In this document: in pieces, positions 25,039-38,826 of the stretch
Position numbering within the stretch: position 1 is the first letter of the stretch
How the letters are laid out: every line of letters starts with the position of its first letter
Origin: Pseudovirgaria hyperparasitica
Taxonomy: Eukaryota
DNA: 64,000 nt
Reading direction: 5' to 3' (one strand)
Assembly: GCA_010093815.1 (NCBI GenBank)
Contig: ML996587.1
The notes under the pieces: model-generated
Seen by the model: the letters and a program-made list of their open reading frames with translations, nothing else
Database searches by the model: none
What the model was told of the DNA's origin: nothing
Translations under genes and position numbers: made by a program

Positions 25039-28000
25039 CCTAACGGACCAAACTGGTTAATTCGGGGTAAAACAGCGATTTACATACATTAAACAATAGA
25101 GTACACCGAGTATAACAACCTCTAACACACGTGCGTACATGTAGCGTATAATACACGATAATACCGACGTATAGAGATACTATATATATACGCTCGAAGA
25201 CTCTTTAATAATATAAGTATAGACTATATCTAATAAACGCTAATACGCTAACCCCCTTTTATTAGTTAAGGGCTACCCTTAACTAATAACTATAGCGGCC
25301 TTAGGTATCGTAATACCCCGGTATACGCCGGATATACCCCTACTAGTATAGTAGAAACAGCTATATAGCGATATTAATATAGATAGCTAGATATCTATCT
25401 AAAATATAGGAACTAACTAAGGGTGCGAAGCGCTATAGATAACCTAGACTAAGGGGACCCTAAGAGAGAAGACCCTCCTAGATAAAATTAAATACTAGAT
25501 AATATATATAGAGAGGGACGCCGAGGAGGGAAAGAAGACCCTCCTTTATATATTCTGAGACCTTATCCGGAATCTAAGAGAAATTATAGAGGAAGAAAGG
25601 AAGTCGTTACGAGAGGAACCTAGTAGTAGACTTAACTAAATAGAAGCTAGTCTACGGAGAATCTAGAAAGAGCTATTCTAAGGTAAGCGCCCTAACACGT
25701 AGGCTTAGATTATAGTAACACCTAGAGCTACTATACTAAGGACTACTAGGACTATAGATAGAGTATATAGTATATATATCGTAATCTAGGATAAGGACAC
25801 GCTAGCGTAGGTCTAATAGGTATCCCTAAAGGAAATTATAAATAAGATTAATAAATAGAAAGGAATATAGTCGAGTATTATAGCTACTAAAGTTACGCTA
25901 GGTAGGGTAGTACTTACTACTATAACGAATACTACGTAGTAAAACATCTCGCGAGATCTAAACGTGATAGGTAGTATCTTCCCCGGCGCGTCTATTAGGG
26001 TAGCTATATATCTAATTATAGTATATATAGTACCCGTATAGGGATAGGCTATTAGAGTAGAGAATATTACGTGTATAGAATAATCTAACACGCGAAAATA
26101 TCTAGGGATTAAGATTATAAAAGCGTAGTAGAAGAATCTATAGACGATTAAGACGACGGCGAAAAAACACTCTACTATAATTATAGAGCTCTAAGACCCC
26201 GCCCTTATATAATATATTATATAGAAGGGATTCCTAATAGAAGGAGAGCTCCTTATAGCCGAGCTATAGGATAGAGTATAGATAATAATATAGTGCTTTA
26301 ACTATTAAGGGTATAGATATACTATATAAAGGTACTTATAGAAGACTAAGTACGGATAGTACCGTAGGGACTATACTATCTAGAAGTGCCCTCACGAACC
26401 GCAAGGAGATAGACTAAGAAATAGAGATATAGTATAGTATTTAAACTACGACGGGAAATACCCGTTATAGTCATTAATATATATAAAATATAAATAGGTT
26501 ATAGAATATATTCGCACGATAAAAGCGAGAGGCGTAAGATAGTTATAGAATATAATACCTACCACGAGCCCTTCCTTTATAATACCCCTAACCTCCTCTC
26601 TAGAAGGTAGTTAGGTAGGATAGTAGACTATTCTAAAGATAATAGAATAACTAAAAGGCATAGTTAAAGCCGCTACCGCGCGAGGATAGTCGCCCCTCTA
26701 AGGAATAAGTATATAGGTATATATACTCTCTAGTACCTAATAAGGGACTAGAATATACTCCGAATTATATAGATAAATATATAATATAAAAGAGAGAACT
26801 AGGCGACGCTTCTCAAAGAGACTAGGGCTATAATACTTACTATCTAGGAACCCTATAAATACTACTAGACGAGTAAACTAACTATACACCCCGGATACTA
26901 TACTATACACCCTCTAGGACTAGAAAGACGAGTCCTCTTCTATATTTATAGGTTAATACTACTCTTATTATAGTTATATACTAAGCGCGATAACCTTAGA
27001 ATAATACTATACCTATAAATAGATATAGGCCCTCTATATATATATAATATATATAACTAATAACGTGTACTTATACTAGACGAGATGCTCGAGGGTACTA
27101 CGGAACTAGGGTAACATATCCTCCTAGAAGACTTTAACCTCTACTACTAATAGTAGGGAGGCCTAGCCGTAGTTAGAGAAGAACTTAGAGTAAGGGAACT
27201 ACGTACCCGCTACCACGACTTTCTATACCTACTTATACCTATAGAATAAGTTATATAGAAAAAACATAAATAGGACGAAGACGGGTCTACGCTTAACCTT
27301 ACCTTCGCTACGAAGTATATTAGTTACCGGATCTAATACTACCGCCTAGGCTAGGTATAGACGGATTCCGACTATAAATATATAGAAACTATAATAAACG
27401 TGTATACCCTAAATAAATAACGGGGACGATAGATATAGAAGGACACCGACTAGGAAAAGTACCTAAAGGACCTAGAATCGGCGATTCTAGATCCCTCTAT
27501 AGTCGATATATCTAACGACCTAGCCATAGACTAGGCCGTATAGACACTCCTATAAATATACTAGAATATAAGAAATAAATATATACTATACCGAATATAC
27601 CGGCCCCCGGAAGTAAAGGGGATTCCTTAAGTATAGGAAAGTAGATAAGACGTCCGAAGGCTATATAGACGCGTATACTATATAAGAATACCCGAGTCAT
27701 AGAAAGAATAGAAGGAAGTAATATAATAACGTAATAAAGTCCTCTATAATAAAAGGCGTAAATAGTAGCGTATAATTACTAGTTAATAGATATAATATAT
27801 AATAGGGCTATGGTATATAGCGAAATAGGCTAAGGGCGTAGATACTCCGATACCCCTACTACTTATACCTCCCCTAATATATTAGGGGAGAATATACTCC
27901 ACGGGCCTTAAGAAAACTAAGGCCCTATAGAAGGCCATGTTCCCTCTCCTAGAACTAGTAGACCTATTAGATGTTTACGGCGCTAAATACCTATACGTAG

Positions 28001-30286
28001 TAGATATCCCCAAAGAAGTTACGGAGGAGGACATACTTAATATTATTAAGACACTCCTAAATGATAAAGCACCCGGACTAGATGGAATTCTAAATTAATA
28101 CCTAAAAAGTACTATAAAAGCGACCCTACCGCTTATTACTTATATATTCTAAGTATACGTCACGTAGGGGTACCACCCCTAGAGCTTCTAAGTCGCCTAT
28201 ACTATTATACTCCCGAAACTAGAAAAGAGCCCTAACTCTCTAAAGGGATAGAGACTAATCGCTCTTCTCTTCTACCTAGGTAAGATACTAGAGACTATAA
28301 TAGTAAAGAAGATAAGTACCGCGGTATAGGAATATAATCTCCTCCCTCTAAACTAGAAGATAAAGGTAGATAGCTCTCTAATAATAGCTATCTAATATAT
28401 TATTAAAGTCGTCTAGGCCGCATAGAAATAGGGACGGGTAGTATCGCTTCTCTCCCTCGATATGGCCGGAGCGTTTAATAAGGTAAACTATATAAGACTT
28501 ATTCATAACCTCCGGATAAGACGAATACTAGAATAGATTATATACTTTATATAGTTATTCCTTATAGGAAGAATAACTTAGATATATATCTTTAGATACT
28601 AGAGCGAATATAAAGAGACGGTATATAGTATCCTATAAGGGAGCACCATCTCTCTAATTCTATTCCTCTTCTTTACGGTAGACCTTCTTTAAGAAATAAA
28701 GTATATAGAGGTAGTTGGATACGCTAATAATATATACCTTCTAGCTATCGATAATAATACTAACCGAACGTATAGACGACTAGAATAGGACTATAAGAGG
28801 TGTCTCTAGTGGGTAAAACGCTACGGAGCAAAGTTCGCCCTAGAGAAATACTAGCTTATATACTTTATTAATCGTTAAGGGAAATAGATAACTAGGGAAG
28901 GCGAACGACGCCTCTAAATTAACGCATTTAACGAACTACTAGTATAAAGCATGTACACGCTTAGAGTTATACTAGATAGTAAGCTTAAATAGGGACTATA
29001 AGTAGTATACGCCGTCTCTAGGGCTCTCCGGGTAGAAGCCGCTATATAATAGATTATAGTCTCTATATAGGGAACCGCCCGGGATAAGGCACGCTAGCTA
29101 TATATATCTATAGTACGACCCGCCTTTACGTATAGACACGAGTACTAGTATACGGCCCTTATATAGACTAGGTAAATAAAGCTTAAATCTATATAGAACC
29201 GTATACTCCGTCTTATATTAGGTGTATATAAAGCTACTAATACGGTGCTACTACGACACGAGATAGACGTTATAAGTATATATAACTTCTACTAGATATA
29301 GAGGGTAGTATACTTTACTAAATAATAAGTATAGGAATATATAGGAAACGTAGAATATACTTTCGCCGTACTACGTGTATAAATTAGTATATATTACCAC
29401 GCACTTCTATATATAGACTAGAATCGAATACGGTATAGGTACTTAATAGAAGCCGACTCTAGCTAAGTAGTATAAGAAGTCCGAGATAACCCGGACGCTC
29501 TTCTAGACTAGTAGAGCCTTTAAGAACTTATAAAAAATATACGGTTATAGACTTAAGATAAGTAGAAAGAGGTACTCTATACCTACTAGACCTCCTAGTA
29601 GAATAGGTACCTAGAGTAGATTTAAGGGCTATAGAAGAAACTAAGTAAATAGATATATAAAGGGCTAACGAAAGCCTAAGTATCTATACTCATCTAAGCC
29701 CGAACGGGCGCTATAGAACTTCTATACTATATCTATAAGAGAGGCGTTCCTAATACCTCCCTATAGTATAAGGTATACGGCCGGAGAGATATAATATACT
29801 ACTATCTAGCTATATACCCTAACCTCTATATATAACGGTAATAGCTTATCTATATTATAAAGACTTTAGATATTATATAATAGCTTAATAAGTACCCTAA
29901 GGACGTCTCCTAATAGATACTTATATATCTACTACTCCTCTAGTACTAGTAGACCTAGAAATATATACTAGAAGAGACCCGGTATACGCTAGTAGTAACC
30001 CGATATATACCGGAAGAACCCCGGGAGAACCCCGATTATTAGTTAAGGGTAGCCCTTAACTAATAACCTCCGCATCTACACGTACTACCTAAGGGTAAAA
30101 TAATAGTAATATAGGCTATAGGCTAATAGGCGTACCCTATAGCTATATACTTAAGACGAAATAGAGGTTTAATAAGATGTAGTTATAGATATAAGGAAGT
30201 TTTTCTCTATAGGGTTTCTTCTTATATAGTAGCTTAGACTAGAGGAGGCATAGGCCTATAGAGTACTACTCTACCTAGTTATATAA

Positions 30287-30321
<35 letters not shown>
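25039..30321 (+). mobile_element. Near-full-length Tad1-like LINE (copy L2, related subfamily; lacks ~17 nt of the family 5' end)
   Basis: Colinear with 12398-17696; zinc knuckles ~26290-26480, GDFN ~27127, SDH ~27365, KAPG ~28067, GYADD ~28717; (ATT)n tail. Confidence 0.95.
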
Positions 30322-30330
<9 letters not shown>

Positions 30331-31059
30331 CTAGATATAAGATAGAGTATATGGTTCTATATAGATTTAAGCTTTATTGGCTAGCTTATATAAGAGCTAT
30401 ATACTAGTACTTATATCTATATATAAAGGCGAGTTATACTATAGAGATATATAGCTAGTATATCTTATTCTAGATAGTTCTTTATATAGAGACTATAATC
30501 TAATATATAGTAGCTTCTATCTTAAGGGCTCTAGATATAATATATATAATCTATAGTCTCTATTTAAGTTTATTATTAATTATTATACTAAGTATATATA
30601 TACTCTATATTAGTAGTTTAGAGAAGATATCTAATCTAGAGTATTATTTATTTTCTCTAGTAGTCTATCTTCTATAATAGTTAATAAAGTATATAAGTTA
30701 GTATTTTTTAGAGATAAACTTTACTCTATAGTATTTTATCTACTAGATATATATCTTATAGTTATATTTAAGATATTTATATATTAGACTAGTATAGAAG
30801 GCTATATCTATAGCTCTATATATAAATATCTCTAGCTTAATTATATAGTATATTTATATACTTAAAAAGAATATTTCTCTACTTATTTTAATATATATAT
30901 ATACTCTCTATTACTAATATTTAACTATATTAGCTTTTCTTTACGTTTATAGGCTTCCATAGACATTAATTAATAGACTTAGTTATTAAAGAATCGATTA
31001 TAAGTATTATATAGACCCGTTCTATTATATAAGAGAACTAATAAGTAGTTATAAGGTTA

Positions 31060-31420
31060 AAGAGTACTTATAGTCTATAGAAGAGATAGATATAACTTTA
31101 TTATATCTACCTTAAGAAAGAGTAAATCTCTTTCTTTAGAGAGACACGTCTAAGAATAGCTTACTATAATTTTAGAGATTATACCCGGACTTTAAACTTA
31201 TAGAGAGAGATTAAGACTTCTAAACTAATATAGAGGAGATACGTTAAGTAGCTACTAAGATAATCTAGATCTACTAGGTTAAAGCTATAAGTCTAGAAGC
31301 CGAAAACTCTAGAATTACTAGAGGCTAGCCTCTTAGAAATTCCTATAGAATTATCAAAAGATATAATGTTTTATCTAGCGCCCGCTAGCGCCCTTACTAA
31401 AACCACGATAAAAAAACTAC
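31060..31420 (+). pseudogene. Possible RIP-eroded F-box gene remnant
   Basis: 31324-31400 reads ASLLEIP(I/V)ELSKDIMF(Y/H)LAPASAL, matching the F-box pattern LLxLPxEIxxxIxxxL. The surrounding frame has RIP-type stops. Boundaries are approximate. Confidence 0.4.
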
Positions 31421-31817
31421 CTTTTACTATATATTAAATTAACTAGGCCCTAATTTAAAAATCTAGTCCCTAGTTTTATAGCTCTACCTATAATAAGTAT
31501 TTTTATATACTTTTTATTCTCTATAGGGCTATACTTATAGATAAGATAGGTTTATAAGCCTCTAGTATTGCGTTTAGTAGTAGCTTGAAAATTCACATGT
31601 CTTAGCCGTGGATTTTCCAGCGTGCCTTAGTACCTTAGTACCTTAAATTAAGACTACACGTAGTCTACTAGCTATAGACTACCCTAGTTATAACTAAAAG
31701 TATATATATAATAGTCTATATAATAATATAACTTAAAAGAACCTTATAGAAATAGAAGATAAAAAGAGACTAAATAGAGTAATAAGAATAATAATAATAG
31801 AGCCCTTAGAAATCAAC

Positions 31818-32346
31818 TATAATAAATTAGTAGCTACGACTATAAAAGAATATATAGACTCTAGTATAAGTAATATAAGGGATAGTATAATATATAGAAG
31901 AGGTACTTATAATACTATAGATAGCCTTAGATAATAATCTAAGACTAAGATAGATATCTATAGAGAGAGCTAATTATAGATACTTAGAATAGATATTCTA
32001 AGTAGTCTACTAAGTAATTAGAAATAGAATACTAATATTCTAAGTAATATACTAGATACTTAGAATAAGTATTCTAATTAAAGAATCTTAGTAGAACTAT
32101 ATAGACCCTTTAAACCTAACCTCTAGAGATAGTTCTATAGTAATTAATTTAAACTTATACTAATATAATTACTACTTTACTTACCTACTAGCTAATTACT
32201 ATTTATACTCTATTAATACTTACTATAAATCTACTTATACTCTTCTAAGCCTTCTAAGTATCTTTATCTTTAGAAAAACTAGAATACTTTATATAATAGA
32301 CTACTTTAGAGATAAGCTATATCCTTACTAGAGAAGGTTTATTATA
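31818..32346 (+). repeat. 5' LTR of G2 (529 bp)
   Basis: Direct repeat of 38320-38826 and 55303-55831; termini TA..TA consistent with RIPed TG..CA. Confidence 0.9.
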
Positions 32347-35300
32347 GTTTAATTACTACCTTAGACTCTAAAGTAAGTATTTATACTATCTATTTAAATA
32401 TAAAAAATAGTAAATAATAGATAGTTCTTATCTTTATAAACTACTCTATAAGTTCTAACTATAGAATAAGTTAGATATCTTATTATAGAATTAGAGAAGT
32501 AAGTTATAGAGCTCTAGAGAGAAAATATTAAACTTAGAAAAGCTAAAGAGGGCTTTAAAAGAAAAATCCTAGAATCTTTTAAAGATAAGTAAAGCGAACT
32601 CTAAGGATTTCTAATATAGATTAGAATATATCTCTAGATCTACTAAGTCTAGAACCTAGAAGAATAAGTTATATTTACTACTAGATTACTAAAGAAAGAT
32701 ATACTTATTTAGTTTAAACTCTACTTAAGAGACTTTATAGAAAATAATCTATAGAATTAATAGAATAATACTACTAAGATCTTTAAATATTTTAAAGAAT
32801 TTAAGAAATATATTAAGATAATCTTTAGAGATATAGATAAATAAAGAATAGCTAAGAGATAGATCTAGTAAATAGTCTAAATAAAATCTATATCTAACTA
32901 CGCCTCTAAATTCTAATAAATCTTAAGTTAGTTAGACTAGAATAATAAACCTCTAATTCTCTAGTTCTATATAGAACTCTATAATAATATTAAGGATAAA
33001 ATCTCTAGAGAGAGAGACTATTCTACTAATCTCTAAGAATATATTAAGCTTATAGTCTAGATTAATAACTAATTATATAAGAGACGCTATAAGAAAAGAG
33101 AGAAAAAGATCTTTTAATCTATACTTAAATAAGATACTAGAAAGGGCTATATTAATAAGGCTCTAAACTATTTATATAAGAGATTCTATAATAGACCTAT
33201 ACTAATAGAACTTAGTATCTTATAGATAAAATATCTATCTAATAAAGAAAAGAAGTAACTAAAGAAGAAAGATAAGTATCTCTACTATAAGGAAAAGAGA
33301 TACTATATCTATAAATACCCGAAAAATAAAAATATAAAAAATTAGATTAAGAATCTAGTACTAAGATAAGAAAACTTTACTATAGAAAAAGAAGAAGTAC
33401 CTTATATAGCTATATTATAGACTAGTTATACTAATAACCTCTACTTTATATATAAGTTAGAAAAGAATAGTATAGATTAGTATCTAAAGAAAAGAAATAT
33501 TTTAATAGCTAGTAAATAACTTCTATTACTCTATAAAAAAACGGAACTATAGAAATACTTAGATATAATAAGAAGATCTAAACTAACTAAAGAAATAGTA
33601 TCTAAAGAAGTAACTATAGAAGGAAGTACTATAGAGGAAGATAGTAAGAAAGAAACCCTTACTATAGAAGAACTATATAATAAGTTAATAATAGACTAAG
33701 ATTCTAGTACTTACTATACTATCTATTATTATAGAAAATATATAAGTAAGAATAATAGAGACCTACTTTTAGAAGATATAGAGATTTAACTAGAAGATAA
33801 CTAACTTATCTTACTCTACTATAAGAGATATAATAAGACCTTCTAGATTATCTATCTCTATAATAATTATCTTTAATATCTCTATAAAAAGCGAATCTAG
33901 AAATAGTTTCTATAATAGTACTAGAATTAAGTAATTCTAAAAGCCTTTAAAGATAAAGATATATAATAGTATAAAATAATAACTAAGAAAACTAATGGAA
34001 AACTACTTTATATTAAAGTAGATAAAAAATAAGATTTATCTAGAGAACTAATATATCTAATACCCGGATATTATATCTAGATCTATCTAATATCTAAGAC
34101 TATTATATAATATAACCTTTAAATAGACTTAGGCGAAATTAAGAAATAAGTTTAATCTATAATCTAACTTATATAGAAAATAGAATAGAAACTTAGTAAG
34201 CTATAAAAAAACTAGAAAGGCTAGATATACTAAGAGAAATAGCTAAGCTAAAAAGAAAATCTCTTATATCTATTAGTAGCTTAGATAACGAAATATAGAT
34301 ATCTCTTAAAATTTAGCTCTATTAAAAATACTCTATTAAAGTATTAATTAATAGTAGAGTATAGTCTAACTTTATCTCTCTAACTATAGTAGATAAACTA
34401 AAAATACTCTATAATAGTAAAGAAGAACTATATAAGCTATCTATAATTAAAGGACTTAATATAGAATATATTAATAGAATAGTATACTTAGAAATAGAAC
34501 CTTTAGATTTAGTCTTAATAATAGAATACTAATAACTATAATTAGATATAGTAGAGCTAGAATAATATAACTTAATTCTAGAAATACTATAGCTTAAAGA
34601 AGTTAACTCTATAATTAACTAGAAAACTAAGGAAATTATACCCTAGGAAACGTTAAGACCCTTAGAAACTATTAAAGAAGAATTAGAGATTAATAAATCT
34701 ATAAAGGCGCTAATAACTAGAAAGTCTATCTACTATATTTAGAAGCTTAATAATAAGTAAGATAATATTAAGAGTAGACCCTTATATAAGAAATATATAG
34801 TATAATAAAGTACGTCTATAGATAAATAGATTTAAAAAATAAATAACATACTTATACTAAAGGACTATTACTAATATTATATTATCTTTAAAGAAGAACT
34901 TAAGATAAGACTACTAAAGTATAGTCTATATAACTATATAATAATACTCTAACTAGGAATATTATCTATATTTAAAAGTATATATTAACTTACTAAAAAA
35001 TAACTAGAAATAATACGATAATATATTAAGAAAATAGAAGTAAAAGAATATATCTAACTATCTAAATTACCTATAGAATATCTAATACTCTTTATACTAA
35101 AGAAAGATAGAAGTAAATAACTCTATATAGACTATTAATATCTAAATAATATTACTATTAAAAACTAATACCCTTTACCCTAAATTAATAAGTTATAGAA
35201 CTAACTTATAGAAGCTTAGTACTTTACTATAATAGATTTATAAGAAGTCTATAACCTTATATATATAGTAGAAGAAGATAAATAGAAAATAGCCTTTTAG

Positions 35301-38300
35301 ACTTATTATAGCTACTATAAATATCTAGTAATACTATTTAGACTAACTAATATACTAGCTATATTTTAGATACTAATTAATAATATATTAAGAAAATACC
35401 TTAACTACTTTATAATAGTCTACCTAGATAATATATTAATTTATTTAAAGAATCTATTAGAGTATAGAGAATATATATATAAGATACTTTAGAAACTATA
35501 AATAGTAAATCTACTAATAAAATTAAAGAAGAGTATCTTCTATATATAGAAAGTTATATTTCTAGAATTTAAGATTATACCTAGAGAAATATAAATAGAC
35601 CTAAAGAAAATTAAGACTATTAAAAAATAGAAATAACCTAAGATAGTTAAGAAAATCTAAGGATTTACTAGATTTACAAACTTTTAAAGAAAATTTATAT
35701 ATAACTATTCTATAAAAATAGCCCTACTATATAAGCTTATAAAGAAGAATATAATATTTAAATAGAAACTAAGATAGAAATAAGTATTTTAGTAGTTAAA
35801 AGAATCTATTATAACTAAACTAGTATTAAAGATATATTAAATAGAGAAACTTAGAGATAGATATATTAGAATTTACTATTAAAGGGTAGTTAACCTAGAT
35901 AGATAAATAAGAGAAAAGATCTTCTATAGTATTTTACTTCTAAAAATTCTAAGGATTAGAAATAAACTAGCTAATCTATAAAAAAGAACTCTATACTATT
36001 ATTAAATACCTTAAGGAATAGAGAAGCTATCTTTATAGATTAGACTATATAATAAAAATATATACTAACTATAAGAATCTTATAACCTTTACTATAATAA
36101 AGGAACTATAAAAGAAGTAAATTAGTTAATATAAGCTTCTTATAGAATTTAATATTTAGATTATATACTATAAGAAATCTAAAAGTAGAAGAGCTAACGC
36201 CCTTAGCTAATAAGCGGAATATAAGTAAAAAGAACCTACTATAGAATAGACTATATTAGAAGTTACTAAAGATAGAAACCTTAGACTAATATAATATATT
36301 ATAGTAATATAAAAAGAATTTATACTTAAAGACTCTAAGGGAAGAAGTATAATTCCTAGAGATAAGATCTATTACTTTATTAAAGAATTCTATAAAGGTC
36401 TAATATATAGATACTAAGAAGAAATAAAAACTTATAAATAATTTAAGAGATACTATATAATCTATAAGAAAAGATAAGTTATTAAAGAAGTTATATAGAA
36501 CTATATTCTATATAGTAAAAGCTAATCTAATAGATATAAACTATATAGAGAATTCTAACTAATTCCCCTACTATTATATACTTAGAAAATAATCTCTATA
36601 GATTTTATAATAGATCTACTACTCTTAAGAGAACTAGTTTTATAAGTATAGTATAATATTATACTAGTAGTAGTTAATAAACTTATAAAGTATATCTACT
36701 TTATACTATATTAAAAGAATATAGATATAGAAGAAATAGTCTATATATTTCTATAAGTAGTTATAGTAAACTATAGATTATCTAATAGTATTATATCTAA
36801 TAGAGATAAGCTCTTTATATTAAACTTTTAGAAAAGCCTAGTATAATAGCTTAGAATAAGTTACTAACTATTAATAGTCTATTATCTATAGATAGATAGA
36901 TAAATAGAGATTCTAAATAGAATACTAGAATAATACTTATAATACTATATTAATAAATAATAAAATAATTAGATAGAACTACTACTACTAGCTTAATTCG
37001 TCTATAATAGTACAATAACCTTAATAACTAAAACTTTACTATTCTATATAAACTATAGATTTAACTCTATAGCTAGCTATAATTATAAACTAGAAGAATC
37101 TATACTAAAAGTAAAGATTAAGGTAGAATAACTATATAAGCTATACTTAGAACGATAAACTAAACTTTCCTTTATAAATAAAAGAATAGTAAAATATATA
37201 AATTAGAAAAGAATAAAGAGACTATCTCTAAAGGGGGAAGACCTAGTATTCCTTATATAAAAAAACGTTAAGATATAATAACTAAATAGTAAACTAGACT
37301 TTAAGAAGATTAGACCTTTTAGAATAAAATAAAAAATTTTAGAAGTTAATTATAAACTATCTTTATCTTAGAATATAAGGATATACCTAGTATTTTATAT
37401 CTTATTACTAGAACTAGTACTATATAATATAAAAGTTAAAACTAATATTAAAACTATAGATAAAGAATTTAAAGTTAAAAAGATTCTAGAATCTAGAATT
37501 AGTAATAGAATACTAGAGTATCTAATTAAGTAGAAGGGCTATAGATACGAATTAAATACTTAGAAATCTAGGGAATATTTAATAAACTACTAGTAACTAT
37601 TATAGAAGTTCTATTAAATAAACCTAGATTCGCCTAGTTCTCTATACTAAGCTAAGAATTATTAAAATCTAAGGAAGAATTTAGAACCTCCTCGGCGATA
37701 ACTCTCTATTATTATTTAAGTTACTTCTTCTTCTTCTTAAGGTCTATTACTAATAGATTCTAATAAAGTATATTATTTTAATAATACTCTAATAACTTCT
37801 ACTATTTCTCTAAACGCTCTAGATATATAAAAGTAGTCTAAGCGTTCTACTAAGCTTTTTACTAGATAGTAGCTATATATTCTTTCTCTAGCTTAAGGCG
37901 AGCCTTCTTAGAATAGATCTTCTTATCTAGAAATATTACTAATCTACCCTAATAAAAAGAAAGAAGACTTATAAGATAACTTACTTAAAGCTTTAATTCT
38001 ATACTTACTTACTAAATAACTCTAATAAATATACTCTAAATACTTATTAGACTTTATAAATACTACTCTATAAGTTAAACTATATTTCTTATAAAATAAG
38101 TAAGAGAAAGGTATTTTATTACTCTTATAATTAATTAAGATAGATAAAGTAACTCTCTATTTTACTAGATTAGACTTAGAAGGCTTAACTAATTTTATAA
38201 CTCTAGATATAATAGAAGAAAAGAGAAAGAAGCTCCTTACTAGAGGAAGTTAGAATAACTATCTACTTATAAGTAGTAATAGAAGTACTTTAGAACGAAG

Positions 38301-38319
38301 TACCTTAGAAGAGGTATTA

Positions 38320-38826
38320 TATAATAAATTACTAGCTATAACTATAGAAGAATATATAGACTCTAGTATAAATAGTATAAGAGATAGTATAATACTATAG
38401 ATAGCCTTAGATAATAATCTAAGGCTAAGATAGATATCTATAGAGAGAGCTAATTATAGATACTTAGAATAGGTATTCTAAGTAGTCTACTAAGTAATTA
38501 GAAATAGAATACTAATATTCTAAGTAATATACTAGATACTTAGAATAAGTATTCTAATTAAAGGACCTTAGTAGAACTATATAGACCCTTTAAATCTAAC
38601 CTCTAGAGATAGTTCTATAGTAATTAATTTAAACTTATACTAATATAATTACTACTTTACTCGCCTACTAGCTAGTTACTATTTATACTCTATTAATACT
38701 TACTATAAATCTACTTATACTCTTCTAAGCCTTCTAAGTATCTTTACCTTTAGAAAAGCTAGAATACTCTATATAATAGACTACTTTAGGGATAAGCTAT
38801 ATTCTTACTAGAGAAGGTTTATTATA
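38320..38826 (+). repeat. 3' LTR of G2 (507 bp, ~22-bp internal deletion)
   Basis: Direct repeat of 31818-32346, preceded by a short purine tract (AGAAGAGG). Confidence 0.9.

Larger units (their letters stand above)
23852..30321 (+). mobile_element. Chimeric retro-insertion A: ribozyme-headed 1.2-kb RNA fused to a near-full-length LINE
   Basis: 16-bp TSD TTATATATACTAGATA at 23836-23851 and 30322-30337 encloses both parts; (ATT)n tail. Confidence 0.9.
21790..30795 (-). mobile_element. Old 5'-truncated RIPed LINE (host H2) carrying two nested insertions (21988-22938 and 23852-30321)
   Basis: (AAT)n tail at ~21790. The reverse-complement 3' UTR/ORF2 sequence resumes after each TSD (22953 and 30338). 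Confidence 0.85.
31818..38826 (+). mobile_element. Full-length RIPed chromovirus-type Ty3/Gypsy retrotransposon (family G2), ~7.0 kb
   Basis: Two direct LTRs. Gag knuckle CLYCKEKGH....CP ~33278-33320; protease LIDSGAQSNFI ~34344; RT LCVDYR ~35121 and VYLDDILIY ~35418; integrase ISMDFI, SDRD, YHPQTDGQTE; chromodomain YLIKWKGY ~37519. Confidence 0.92.

Noticed and set aside
12399..27700. Short minus-strand ORFs at 12399-12605, 13620-13832, 25813-26091 and 27512-27700
   Set aside because: Antisense to RIPed LINE sequence, with Ile/Tyr/Leu-rich composition typical of RIP artefacts.
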